A model generated the notes under the pieces. The model did no database searches, was not told the origin of the DNA, and saw only the letters and a list, made by a program, of their open reading frames with translations. From NCBI GenBank assembly GCA_020851375.1, contig JADZCV010000048.1:14092-78091 (forward strand): a stretch of DNA of 64,000 nt. The letters are read 5' to 3'. Below are positions 9,656-18,558 of the stretch, one piece after another (position 1 is the first letter of the stretch; every line of letters starts with the position of its first letter). Both the position numbers and the translations under genes were made by a program. The stretch comes from Nitrospirota bacterium (GTDB lineage: Bacteria; Nitrospirota; 9FT-COMBO-42-15; HDB-SIOI813).

Positions 9656-11026
9656 AAAGTTATAATCATCGGCGGCGGCATTTCCGGCCTTACTGCTGCC
9701 TACTGGCTGCACAAAAGCGGTATTGATGTCACCGTCCTCGAAAAAGGAGATAGGGCCGGCGGGTCTATACGCACAGAAACGCATAAGGGCTACCTTATTG
9801 AATACGGCCCCAACTCTACACTCGACCTGTACAAAGAGGCGGATGACCTGTGCGAGTCACTCGGCATCAGTGGATATAAGATATACGGCAGTGAAGATGC
9901 AAAAAACCGTTATGTCGTCAGAGACGGCAGATTAAGGCCTTTACCACTTGGTCCTCTCCAGTTTCTGTCAACTGACCTCTGGACTATACAAGGGAAACTG
10001 AGGCTTATGTGCGAACCATTTATCCGCAAGTTCGCCGGCAGCCACGAGGAGACGATCGCTGAGTTCGTTAAGAGGAGGACAGGACAGGAGTTCCTCGATT
10101 ATGCCATTGACCCCTTTGTTACAGGGGTGTTTGCAGGAGATCCCTACAAACTTTCATTAAAGAGCTGTTTTCCAAAGATGTATGGTATGGAGCTTGAGCA
10201 TGGCGGGCTTGTGAAAGCCGCAATATTCGGAAGGAAAAAGAAGGGTGAGCCAAAGCGAAAGATGCGCCTTTTTTCATTCAGGGACGGCCTGGGAACTTTA
10301 CCTGAGGCAATAAGAAAGACCCTTGGTGACAGGTTTGTTGGTGGGTGTAACGTGCTGTCAGTGAAGAAGGCAGAAAAAGGTTTCGAAGTTATTACAGAAA
10401 ATGTTTCTGCCCCCACTCCACAGCCTGGACTTTTCAAGGCCAACATCGTCATCTTTGCTACACCTGCCTGGGCAACAGCAAGGTTGATCCAGCCGATATC
10501 CGAATATGTCGCTGCCCATCTGATGCAGATACAATACGTCCCTGCAGTAATCGTCTTCACAGGGTTTGACAGGGGACATATAAAACAGAAACTCGATGGC
10601 TTTGGCTTCCTCATACCGCGGAAAGAGTCCCGTGAACGGGGTTACAACATCCTCGGGAGCATCTGGAGCTCCGAAATTTTCGCAGGACGTGCGCCTGAGG
10701 GTAAGGCCGCCTTCACAACCATCCTTGGCGGCGCAAGGAAGGATGACATACTCGAATACAGCGACAGGGAACTCATTGAAATGACATTGCGTGACTTAAG
10801 GTACATCCTCGGTATAGAAGAAAAACCTGAGTTCGTACAGCTAATACGCCATACACGGGCAATCCCGCAATATATCATCGGCCATCAGGAGCGCATAGAT
10901 GCTGTTCAGGAGGCTATCAGGAAAATTCCCGGCTTATATCTCTCAGGCAACTACCTCAACGGTGTTTCAGTTGGACACTGCATAGCCGAGGCAACAAAAC
11001 TTTCGGCTGTGATGAAAGGGGTCTGA
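9653..11026 (+). CDS. hemY: FAD-dependent protoporphyrinogen/coproporphyrinogen oxidase (HemY/HemG-type amine oxidase)
   Basis: 457-aa ORF beginning MKVIIIGGGISGLTAAYWL, a Rossmann FAD-binding GxGxxG motif. It sits in the hem cluster. Confidence 0.82.
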   Translation: MKVIIIGGGISGLTAAYWLHKSGIDVTVLEKGDRAGGSIRTETHKGYLIEYGPNSTLDLYKEADDLCESLGISGYKIYGSEDAKNRYVVRDGRLRPLPLGPLQFLSTDLWTIQGKLRLMCEPFIRKFAGSHEETIAEFVKRRTGQEFLDYAIDPFVTGVFAGDPYKLSLKSCFPKMYGMELEHGGLVKAAIFGRKKKGEPKRKMRLFSFRDGLGTLPEAIRKTLGDRFVGGCNVLSVKKAEKGFEVITENVSAPTPQPGLFKANIVIFATPAWATARLIQPISEYVAAHLMQIQYVPAVIVFTGFDRGHIKQKLDGFGFLIPRKESRERGYNILGSIWSSEIFAGRAPEGKAAFTTILGGARKDDILEYSDRELIEMTLRDLRYILGIEEKPEFVQLIRHTRAIPQYIIGHQERIDAVQEAIRKIPGLYLSGNYLNGVSVGHCIAEATKLSAVMKGV

Positions 11027-11030
11027 CCCG

Positions 11031-11390
11031 CTACCCCCCAACACGAATAATGGTTTTTACATTACCACGCGGATTCCAGTCGCCTGTTACTTCAATCCGC
11101 CTCGGTTCAATAAGATTTTTCAGGTCGTCATATATCTTGTTTGTTGCAGATTCATGAGAGATATACTGGTCACGGAACTTATTAAGGTACAGCTTCAATG
11201 AGCGCAGCTCAACGATATACTTGTCAGGCACATAGTTAATCTTAATTGTCGCATAATCAGGATAGCCGGAGCGGGGACAGAGGCATGAGAATTCAGGAAA
11301 CGAGATGTCAATAACATAATCCCTGTCCTGATACGGATTCTCCCACTTCTCAAGCTCAGCCTTCTCAATCTCTTCCTTGCCGTATTTCAT
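11031..11390 (-). CDS. queF: NADPH-dependent 7-cyano-7-deazaguanine (preQ0) reductase
   Basis: 119-aa ORF containing [42 protein letters not shown], the QueF catalytic Cys and E(S/L)K(S/A)hK(L/Y)(F/Y) signature. Confidence 0.9.
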   Translation of the reverse strand: MKYGKEEIEKAELEKWENPYQDRDYVIDISFPEFSCLCPRSGYPDYATIKINYVPDKYIVELRSLKLYLNKFRDQYISHESATNKIYDDLKNLIEPRRIEVTGDWNPRGNVKTIIRVGG

Positions 11391-11420
11391 CTCTAATTCA
11401 TCCTTAAAAAGGGGGCAGAT

Positions 11421-12350
11421 TTATTTTCCCGCAGCCGCAACCACATTTCTCATAAACCTCTCCCACTTGATACGCATGACAGAATTATCATGAAAAACCT
11501 TTTTGAAACCTTCCCGATCCATCTCCATTAAATCCGCAAGCAGGGGAGAAGTCAACTCTTTTCTTGGTATAAAACCAGTCTCTGTGGCTGCCTGAGCAAC
11601 ATTATTCCATGGGCAGGCCCACTGGCAATCATCACAACCAAAAATCTTATTGCCTGTCATAGATTTCAATTCTTCAGGTATCGCCCCTTTTAATTCACCA
11701 AGCAGGTATGATATGCATCGCCTCGCATCAACAACGTAAGGCGCAACAATAGCGCCTGTTGGACAGGCCTCGATACATCTGGTGCACTCACCGCAGCGAT
11801 CCTGCAGCGGGGCATCAAACTCCAATTCTGTGTCAAGGAGTATTACCCCAAGCACTAACCACGACCCGGCGTCCGGGCTGATGATAAGGGAGTGCTTTCC
11901 CATCCATCCAACACCGGACATAGCGGCATATGCCTTTTCAAGGACAGGGCCTGTGTCTACATATATCTTTCCGTCTGCTTTTTTATCAGTCAGGGTCTTA
12001 ATCCTTACAAGAAACTCTTCAAGCCTTGACTTGACAACGTCATGATAGTCCTCATTAAGCGCATAATTTGCAATGTACCCCCTGGCATGGTCATCAAGGC
12101 ATCCCCTGCGATCCCCCCCAGGATAATAATTCATAGAGACCACTATGACAGACTTGATTTCAGGAAATACGATGGAAGGGTTTAAGCGTCTCTCCGGCTC
12201 CCTGGATAAGAACCTCATCTCACCTTCAAAACCGCACTTAAGCCACCCCTGAAATCTCTTGCCCCATAGAGATGCATCAGGAGGGGAAATGCCAACATGC
12301 CGGAAGCCTAAACTTATGCCAATATCCTTAATGTCACGGGTAAGGGTCAT
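11421..12350 (-). CDS. queG: Epoxyqueuosine reductase
   Basis: 309-aa ORF containing the 4Fe-4S motifs CGECTRCIEACPTGAI and CDDCQWACPWN. Confidence 0.88.
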   Translation of the reverse strand: MTLTRDIKDIGISLGFRHVGISPPDASLWGKRFQGWLKCGFEGEMRFLSREPERRLNPSIVFPEIKSVIVVSMNYYPGGDRRGCLDDHARGYIANYALNEDYHDVVKSRLEEFLVRIKTLTDKKADGKIYVDTGPVLEKAYAAMSGVGWMGKHSLIISPDAGSWLVLGVILLDTELEFDAPLQDRCGECTRCIEACPTGAIVAPYVVDARRCISYLLGELKGAIPEELKSMTGNKIFGCDDCQWACPWNNVAQAATETGFIPRKELTSPLLADLMEMDREGFKKVFHDNSVMRIKWERFMRNVVAAAGK

Positions 12351-12471
12351 AGTAAATACCAGGTAGTCACATTAAATGGGATAGGCAATACACCGGATAC
12401 GCCCCTACAGCTTGACAATTCCGTCATTTTCCATGAAAATGACCATGCACACCTATAGTATATACCCAAAT

Positions 12472-12548
12472 GCGCCTGTAGCTCAAATGGATAGAGCGTC
12501 GGACTACGAATCCGCAGGTTGGGGGTTCAACTCCCTCCAGGCGCGCCA
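12472..12548 (+). tRNA. tRNA-Arg(ACG)
   Basis: gcgcctg-ta-gctc-aaatggat-agagc-g-tcgga-ctACGaa-tccgc-aggtt-ggggg-ttcaact-ccctc-caggcgc-gcca folds as a cloverleaf. The anticodon loop is ctACGaa, the T-loop is GTTCAACT, and the 3' CCA is encoded. Confidence 0.85.
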
Positions 12549-12570
12549 ATTGATCACAGGCCATCATCTG

Positions 12571-13683
12571 TCATGCCGCCTCTTGTGAGAGAGCCATCTG
12601 TATCGAGCGGATAAAATTATCCAGTAAAAAGGGGTTAAAGTCTTTTTCCCTTCCCTTTCTCATCAAGGCAATGACTTCCTCTGTTTCCAGACTCTCCCTG
12701 TAAGGCCTGTGGCTCCGCAGGGCGTCAAAAAAATCAGAGATGGCAATGATCTGACTCAGAATATGCTGCCTCCTGCCAGCCGTATGGAGTCCGGGATAGC
12801 CTGAGCCGTCACAACGCATATGATGCTCAAATGCAATCAGCGGGGCAAGGCGGGTCAGGTTATCCATTTTGGCAAGGTATCGCGCACCATAAAGCGGATG
12901 TTTTTTTATTTCAGCAAATTCCCTGTCATCAAGTTTGCCATTTTTATCCAGGATTTCTTTAGGTATGAACAATTTTCCCGCATCATGCAAAAGGGCGGCA
13001 ACACCGATTTCATGCAGCAGTTCATCCTGGATCCCGAGGCTGTCCGCCTGAAATATGGAGAGAACGGCAACATTGGAGGCGTGCGTATAGGTATATTCAC
13101 TAAATGATCTAACGGGGCTCAACAGCTTTAGGATATGCGCCTCATTTCTGAAAGTGATAATGAACTGCACCACAATCTCCTCGAGTCCTGCAATGTTGAG
13201 TTTTTTAAAAGGAGAGATGGAATGGAAAATATCCTGAACCTTTGCAATATCCTCCTTCGGAAGATTTGATATTTCCTCGCCCTCGCAGGGAGTGGACCGG
13301 GGATTCGGGACGCAGACGTCAATAGTTCCGGTCCTGATGTGCGGGGCGGGATTCATTATTTTATCCGTATCAGAGACGTCAATGATGAACTGTCTGAACT
13401 CTGAAAGGGAAAGACCCTTCAGAAAGTCGACGCGGGTAATACCTTTTCTCCTTAGATATCTTATAAAATTCGCCTTGTTGGCTCCGGCATCCGTGAGCTC
13501 CTGTTTGTTCACAATCAGTTTGTGGTCTATGATCATGATCTCACACTGCTCACCCAGGATCTCACCAAGCATTCTATAAGTCTTTTTCACGAGCTCATTG
13601 AATATTTCATGCTCTGCTGAATAAAGTGAGCAATTGGCAATGGTGATTGTAAAAGTCGTCAGGAATTTCCCTATGGCATCCAT
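12571..13683 (-). CDS. HD-GYP domain c-di-GMP phosphodiesterase with an uncharacterized N-terminal domain
   Basis: 370-aa ORF containing HDAGK...HPLYGARYL...EHHMRCDGSGYPG, the HD and GYP motifs. Confidence 0.85.
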   Translation of the reverse strand: MDAIGKFLTTFTITIANCSLYSAEHEIFNELVKKTYRMLGEILGEQCEIMIIDHKLIVNKQELTDAGANKANFIRYLRRKGITRVDFLKGLSLSEFRQFIIDVSDTDKIMNPAPHIRTGTIDVCVPNPRSTPCEGEEISNLPKEDIAKVQDIFHSISPFKKLNIAGLEEIVVQFIITFRNEAHILKLLSPVRSFSEYTYTHASNVAVLSIFQADSLGIQDELLHEIGVAALLHDAGKLFIPKEILDKNGKLDDREFAEIKKHPLYGARYLAKMDNLTRLAPLIAFEHHMRCDGSGYPGLHTAGRRQHILSQIIAISDFFDALRSHRPYRESLETEEVIALMRKGREKDFNPFLLDNFIRSIQMALSQEAA

Positions 13684-13695
13684 TCTCTGAGTCCT

Positions 13696-15768
13696 TTATC
13701 CCCTTTCATCAGGATAATTCCTGAGCGATTGACGTATCTCTTCTTTCAGCCTATCCAGGGCGCCCCTGAAGAGGAGGGACTTTTCTGAAAGTATGTTTTT
13801 AAGCGTGCCGAGGGCACGGGAGTCTCCTATCTGGCCGAGCGCCCTGACAATGTGGATCTTGCCTTCATAGTTGGAACCCGTAATGCTCTTTCTCCTGAGC
13901 ATTTCAAGAAGCTCCGGCACAACCTCCCTCACCTTAAATGTCCCTGATAGGGCAATGGCCCTGTTCAACAGATCCGGAGAGTCGGACTTCAATAAATCCC
14001 TCAGGGCCTCAATTCCAAAAGAGTCCTTGAAATTCAGCAGACATTTTAATGCCTCATAACTGACCTTGGGGTTTTCATGATTGCAGTAACTTCTGGCATA
14101 TTGAAGCGCGTCCTGACCGCCGCATTCATTCAGGATGAACAGCATATTCCTTTTTACAAACCATCTGTCATCATTGAGATACCTGACCACATCCGGTACA
14201 GCCTTCTCCCTAAAATGGGTCACCAGACCTGTCAGAAACCTCCTGGTAGACGGCGATTCCTCGCCAATGAGTGCGCCGATTAATGATGCGATCATCTTTT
14301 CTCCGTAATACTCGCACATGTTCAGTATCTCTTCCCGCTTCTCCCTGCCCATGATTTTTAATGAGTCAATGAACAATGCGATGAATTCCCCGGAATGGAA
14401 ATATCCTAAAATATTCGAAACGCCGTCCGGTGATTTTCCTGAATTGCTGCTGGACTCTAATATCCTGATTGTTTTCAATGCCTGCTCATACTGACCGGTA
14501 TATATGAATTGAACGATCTGGTCCTTCAGTATATGGGCATAAAATTCGCAGTCTTCACGGGGTATGATCCCATCCGTCTCAGAGAGTGTCAGCTCCAGGA
14601 TGATTTCATGAAAAAAAGTTTCAATCTGCTCATCCTGCCACTCACCCTTAAATTCTTCTATCCATTCCGTCTGGATCGAGTCAGCATTAAATTGGATCAG
14701 GCGCTGGATATCCTTATGATAGGAATCGGTCACGAATGCCTTGAAATCCGCACTGCTCAACAAACTGGTCAGTTCCGGAGAAAGAAGGAAGTCGTCTTCG
14801 ATGAGTCCCTCCCGATAATAAGGGGCCTCAGAACTTTTCTGCTGAAACACCGAGAATTTATCGAGAATGTTTTTTAATGCCTCTGGGATGGCCACCAATT
14901 GTTCGTTGATGACACTGAGCAAATTGATGACAGTGTCCACAGATGTATCCCGGAGAGATTCCTCGGCAGTCTCCAAATCCCTGGAAAGGACATTCACCGC
15001 GGATGAGAGGAAATGACCCTTCAATTCCGGCCGCAGCCTGTTAATAAAATCCATCACGTTTTTCAACTCATTGGGCGAAAAGGACCTTTCCGAGGATTTC
15101 CTGACGTAGGAAGTGATGACCTTCTCATAGCTGTCTTCCCTTATTTTGCCGCTATCAGCCCTGTTTATGTATCCCGCGAGCTGATCAGGAGGGATCGTTG
15201 ACAGAATATCAGGCGACTCATCAGGTTTCAGGCTCCCTTCGAGAAGACCGAATACATACTTTTCCCAAAGGGATATTTTATGGTCTTCGTTCTGCTTCCC
15301 ATCCGCTTCGATAAGATGGAATACAGAGAAATCAACGGATCCTATCTTGAGGTGAGTAATGTGGCAATCAATGAATAACTTCTGTATATCTTCTGGAGAC
15401 GCATTTCCGGCATTGTCTGAAATGAACCGGTGAAACGAGTAAAGCTCATCCTTTGTCAGCCCGCTTATGAACGTGACGAAGGCGATATTTTTCTTGCTCA
15501 GAGAGTCGGCAAATTCCTTATAAACCGGGTTCTTCTTGTCGAGGTGATGACTATCAACGATGAGAACATCCTTTGCGACTACAAGGGTAATATCTTGTCT
15601 CAACGCAAAGAGTTTTTGCAGAAAGTCAAATACTTTATTCAATGACTTTTCTACCACCGGATGATTTTTGGGATAGATAGATACATTGTGACGCGAGATG
15701 TTGAGTTCAATGATGGCTTCACTGAGCAATCGGGTATCAAGGGGGAGTTCGTCTTTTGTTTCGGTCAT
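13696..15768 (-). CDS. Large HEAT-repeat (PBS-lyase-like) protein. Its N-terminal domain resembles the N-terminus of the adjacent HD-GYP protein.
   Basis: 690-aa ORF. The C-terminal third has repeated HEAT-like units (VRYLNDDRWFVKRNMLFILNECGG, ALKCLLNF..., IVRALGQIGDSRALGTL). In its N-terminal 120 aa, the hydrophobic/charged pattern LIVDSHHLDKK...FISGLTKDELYSFHRFISDN resembles HDGYP LIVNKQELTD...FLKGLSLSEFRQFIIDVSD. Stop/start spacing suggests an operon with the HD-GYP gene. Confidence 0.55.
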   Translation of the reverse strand: MTETKDELPLDTRLLSEAIIELNISRHNVSIYPKNHPVVEKSLNKVFDFLQKLFALRQDITLVVAKDVLIVDSHHLDKKNPVYKEFADSLSKKNIAFVTFISGLTKDELYSFHRFISDNAGNASPEDIQKLFIDCHITHLKIGSVDFSVFHLIEADGKQNEDHKISLWEKYVFGLLEGSLKPDESPDILSTIPPDQLAGYINRADSGKIREDSYEKVITSYVRKSSERSFSPNELKNVMDFINRLRPELKGHFLSSAVNVLSRDLETAEESLRDTSVDTVINLLSVINEQLVAIPEALKNILDKFSVFQQKSSEAPYYREGLIEDDFLLSPELTSLLSSADFKAFVTDSYHKDIQRLIQFNADSIQTEWIEEFKGEWQDEQIETFFHEIILELTLSETDGIIPREDCEFYAHILKDQIVQFIYTGQYEQALKTIRILESSSNSGKSPDGVSNILGYFHSGEFIALFIDSLKIMGREKREEILNMCEYYGEKMIASLIGALIGEESPSTRRFLTGLVTHFREKAVPDVVRYLNDDRWFVKRNMLFILNECGGQDALQYARSYCNHENPKVSYEALKCLLNFKDSFGIEALRDLLKSDSPDLLNRAIALSGTFKVREVVPELLEMLRRKSITGSNYEGKIHIVRALGQIGDSRALGTLKNILSEKSLLFRGALDRLKEEIRQSLRNYPDERG

Positions 15769-15884
15769 AGCGTATACCGTCTATTATCTATACAATAACA
15801 CCCTATTATCGGACGATTATTAGTTATGTTTGAGAAAAGGAAGGGATCTGAGTACTGAAGAGGCGAGCAGGCGCGCCAATGGCT

Positions 15885-16187
15885 CTACACCATATAGTCT
15901 GCGACACGCCTTTCAGAGCATACTTTGTCAATAAACTCCACTGCCTTGACATGTTCAGGATGTATGCGGTATGCCTCCAGCGCATTTAAGTCATCAAATT
16001 CAGAGTAGAGCGCTATATCCGCGGCGCTTGCAGATTTGCCGATATTTATCCCGACTTCAAGGTATTTTACAACCGGTATTTTATCCTTCAGGGATTCCAG
16101 TAATACCTTCAACTCCCGCAGGTTCTCATCCTTACCCTTCCCTAAAGCCGATTCTTTCAACCTGAACATTACAATGTGCGTTAACAT
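15885..16187 (-). CDS. Dabb-family stress-responsive alpha/beta-barrel protein
   Basis: 100-aa ORF beginning MLTHIVMFRLKE. Size and pattern match Dabb. Confidence 0.65.
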   Translation of the reverse strand: MLTHIVMFRLKESALGKGKDENLRELKVLLESLKDKIPVVKYLEVGINIGKSASAADIALYSEFDDLNALEAYRIHPEHVKAVEFIDKVCSERRVADYMV

Positions 16188-16317
16188 TATACCCTCCTGA
16201 GATTATTCTTCCCTGATGCCCCCACATATTACAACAAAACCTCCAAACATTCCAACAGGGACGGCTATTTGACATTTATATTGACAAACCCTCTGAATGT
16301 TGTTTAAAGTGTAACGT

Positions 16318-16908
16318 ATGAAAAAGAGCTGGATCATAATTGGCGTTATCATAATAGCAGTGATAATACTCTTCCGGTTATTCGTATCACCGTACAACAA
16401 CATGGTCAGGATGGAGGAAGGTGTTACCTCCCAATGGGCACAGGTAGAAAATGTGTACCAGAGGAGGGCAGACCTCATCCCAAATCTTGTAAACACAGTA
16501 AAGGGTTATGCCGCACATGAAAAAGAGACTCTCACACAGGTTATAGAGGCACGTTCCAGGGCAACTCAGGTCACAATTAATCCTGAGAAGTTAACGCCTG
16601 AGGCCCTGCAGCAGTTTCAGGAGGCACAGGGGGGACTCAGTTCAGCCTTGTCCCGCCTGATGGTGGTAGTCGAAAGATACCCGGACCTGAAGGCCAATCA
16701 GAACTTCCTGGAACTGCAGGCTCAGTTGGAGGGATCTGAAAACCGGATCGCTGTCGAGCGCAATAAATTTAATGAGACCGTCCAGCGATACAATGCATAC
16801 ATACGTTCCTTCCCGAACAATATCGTAGCCTCTATATTTAACTTTGAGAAAAAGCCATACTTTGAAGCCGACAAGGGTGCAGAAAAAGCGCCCGAAGTAA
16901 AATTTTAG
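16318..16908 (+). CDS. lemA: LemA family protein
   Basis: 196-aa ORF with an N-terminal TM helix, then NMVRMEEGVTSQWAQVENVYQRRADLIPNLVNTVKGYAAHEKETL, the conserved LemA core. Confidence 0.85.
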   Translation: MKKSWIIIGVIIIAVIILFRLFVSPYNNMVRMEEGVTSQWAQVENVYQRRADLIPNLVNTVKGYAAHEKETLTQVIEARSRATQVTINPEKLTPEALQQFQEAQGGLSSALSRLMVVVERYPDLKANQNFLELQAQLEGSENRIAVERNKFNETVQRYNAYIRSFPNNIVASIFNFEKKPYFEADKGAEKAPEVKF

Positions 16909-16965
16909 TTGCGCCGACCATCATGGCCGGCTTTTACGGATTGGTCGGACAGGGTGCATTTCCAG

Positions 16966-17403
16966 ATGAAACTCTTCACCAAAGAAGACCGCGATAAAAT
17001 TACCGCAGCAATCGGAATGGCGGAGAAACAGACCTCCGGTGAGATAAGGCTTTTCATTGATGATAAATGCAGGGGCAACGTCCTCGACAGGGCCGCGTTA
17101 ATCTTTGAAAAATTAGAGATGCACAAGACTGCAGCCAGGAATGGTGTTCTGTTTTATCTGGCAGTCCGTGATCACAAGTTCGCCATCCTCGGTGATGCAG
17201 GCATTAATGCGGTCGTTACGCATGGTTTCTGGGACGAAATAAAAGATACCGCGATAGAGCACTTTAAAAAAGGTGAATATTCAGAGGGCCTGATCAAAGG
17301 TATTGACATGGCTGGTACGGCACTTAAACAATACTTCCCCTATGACGAAAGAGACAAGAATGAATTATCAGATGAGATCGTATTCGGCCAGAAGGATACA
17401 TAA
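16966..17403 (+). CDS. TPM-domain protein (DUF477/YgcG-like), LemA partner
   Basis: MKLFTKEDRDKITAAIGMAEKQTSGEIRLFIDD...GVLFYLAVRDHKFAILGDAGIN is the typical TPM phosphatase-domain pattern. The ORF-track start at 16909 is probably an upstream extension. Confidence 0.7.
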   Translation: MKLFTKEDRDKITAAIGMAEKQTSGEIRLFIDDKCRGNVLDRAALIFEKLEMHKTAARNGVLFYLAVRDHKFAILGDAGINAVVTHGFWDEIKDTAIEHFKKGEYSEGLIKGIDMAGTALKQYFPYDERDKNELSDEIVFGQKDT

Positions 17404-18193
17404 GCACTTACTTTATTCCGCAGTATTATTTTTACTTTTCATTCCTGCCGTATTATTTGCCGAGACCTTTCCACAAAGGCCCTCCCCTCCGCGGCTTGTC
17501 AATGACTACACCAATACCCTGAAACCGGAAGAGCAGGAGGTGCTGGAGAGGAAACTCGTTGAGTTTGACAATACAACGTCTACCCAGATTGTAATCGTCA
17601 TTCTGGAAACCCTTGACGGCTACCCAATCGGCGACTACACAGTAAAACTCGGTGAGGAGTGGGGTGTTGGCCAAAAGGACAAGAATAACGGAGCTGTAGT
17701 GCTCGCAGCCATGAAAGACCGCGAGGTCTTTATCGCTACCGGCTATGGCCTTGAAGGTGCAATCCCTGACGCACTTGCAAAACGGATTGTAGAGTTCGAC
17801 ATAAAACCATATTTCAAACAGGGGCTCTACTACGAGGGGCTTGACAGGGCAACGGACTCAATGATAGCCCTGGCTAAAGGCGAGTATACTGCAGAAAGGC
17901 ACAGCAAACCGGGCGTGCCCATCTTTTTCCGCATCCCCTGGTTTTTTATCATTTTTGTTATCATCTTTTTCATCATTATGCTTAGCCGGGCAAGAAGGTA
18001 TCGCGGCATCGCCTCCAATAATAACGTCCCCTTCTGGATGGCACTCATACTCGCAAACATGGGAAGCCGCCACCATCGGGGCAAGTGGGACGATTTCTCG
18101 TCAGGCGGCGGAGGCTTCGGCGGCGGCAGCGGGGGTTTCGGCGGCTTCGGTGGAGGAAGTTTCGGGGGCGGAGGCGCCGGAGGCAGGTGGTAG
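17360..18193 (+). CDS. TPM-domain membrane protein with a C-terminal Gly-rich tail (YgcG-like)
   Basis: Has a signal/TM segment LLYSAVLFLLFIPAVLFA, a TPM core (EQEVLERKLVEFDNTTSTQIVIVILETLDGYPIGDYTVKLGEEWGVGQKDKNNGAVVLAAMKDREVFIATGYG), a TM helix IPWFFIIFVIIFFIIML, and a tail GGGGFGGGSGGFGGFGGGSFGGGGAGG. It overlaps the upstream TPM gene by about 40 nt in another frame. The exact start (17360 or 17372) is uncertain. Confidence 0.7.
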   Translation: MNYQMRSYSARRIHKHLLYSAVLFLLFIPAVLFAETFPQRPSPPRLVNDYTNTLKPEEQEVLERKLVEFDNTTSTQIVIVILETLDGYPIGDYTVKLGEEWGVGQKDKNNGAVVLAAMKDREVFIATGYGLEGAIPDALAKRIVEFDIKPYFKQGLYYEGLDRATDSMIALAKGEYTAERHSKPGVPIFFRIPWFFIIFVIIFFIIMLSRARRYRGIASNNNVPFWMALILANMGSRHHRGKWDDFSSGGGGFGGGSGGFGGFGGGSFGGGGAGGRW

Positions 18194-18558
18194 GAGCAGG
18201 GATTTTCAGGTGAACCGTCATGAGCCCTACGACTGTACGACAAGCTCACAGCTCAGGGCTCACCAAGGTTAATGAAAACGTCATTCCCGCGTAAGCGGGA
18301 ATCCAGACCGATGGCATGATTCTGGATTCCCACTCCCCGCTTGATCATGCGGGGACAGGTTCCGTGGGAATGACGGGTACTTAGGAGTATTTTCGAGTGA
18401 AACGTCATGAGCCTCAGCCTCACAAAGGTTAATGAAAACGTCATTCCCGCGTAAGCGGGAATCCAGACCGAGGCCTGGTTCTGGATTCCCACTCCCCGCT
18501 TGATCATGCGGGAACAGGTTCCGTTGGAATGACGGGTAGATAGGAGAATTTTCTGGTG
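18190..18558 (+). repeat. Family-B repeat (copy B2, about 1.8 tandem units) ending in the GTG start of fhs
   Basis: Two near-identical modules, each ...cgtcattcccgcgtaagcgggaatccagacc...ctggattcccactccccgcttgatcatgcggg[g/a]acaggttccgt[g/t]ggaatgacgggta(c/g)(t/a)taggag(t/a)attttc(g/t)(a/g)gtg. The first module begins at the stop codon of the TPM gene. Confidence 0.85.

Noticed and set aside
12423-12443. Palindrome gtcattttc-cat-gaaaatgac upstream of tRNA-Arg and queG as a possible operator
   Set aside because: It is a short 9-bp palindrome seen only once, with no associated regulator gene. This is insufficient evidence for function.
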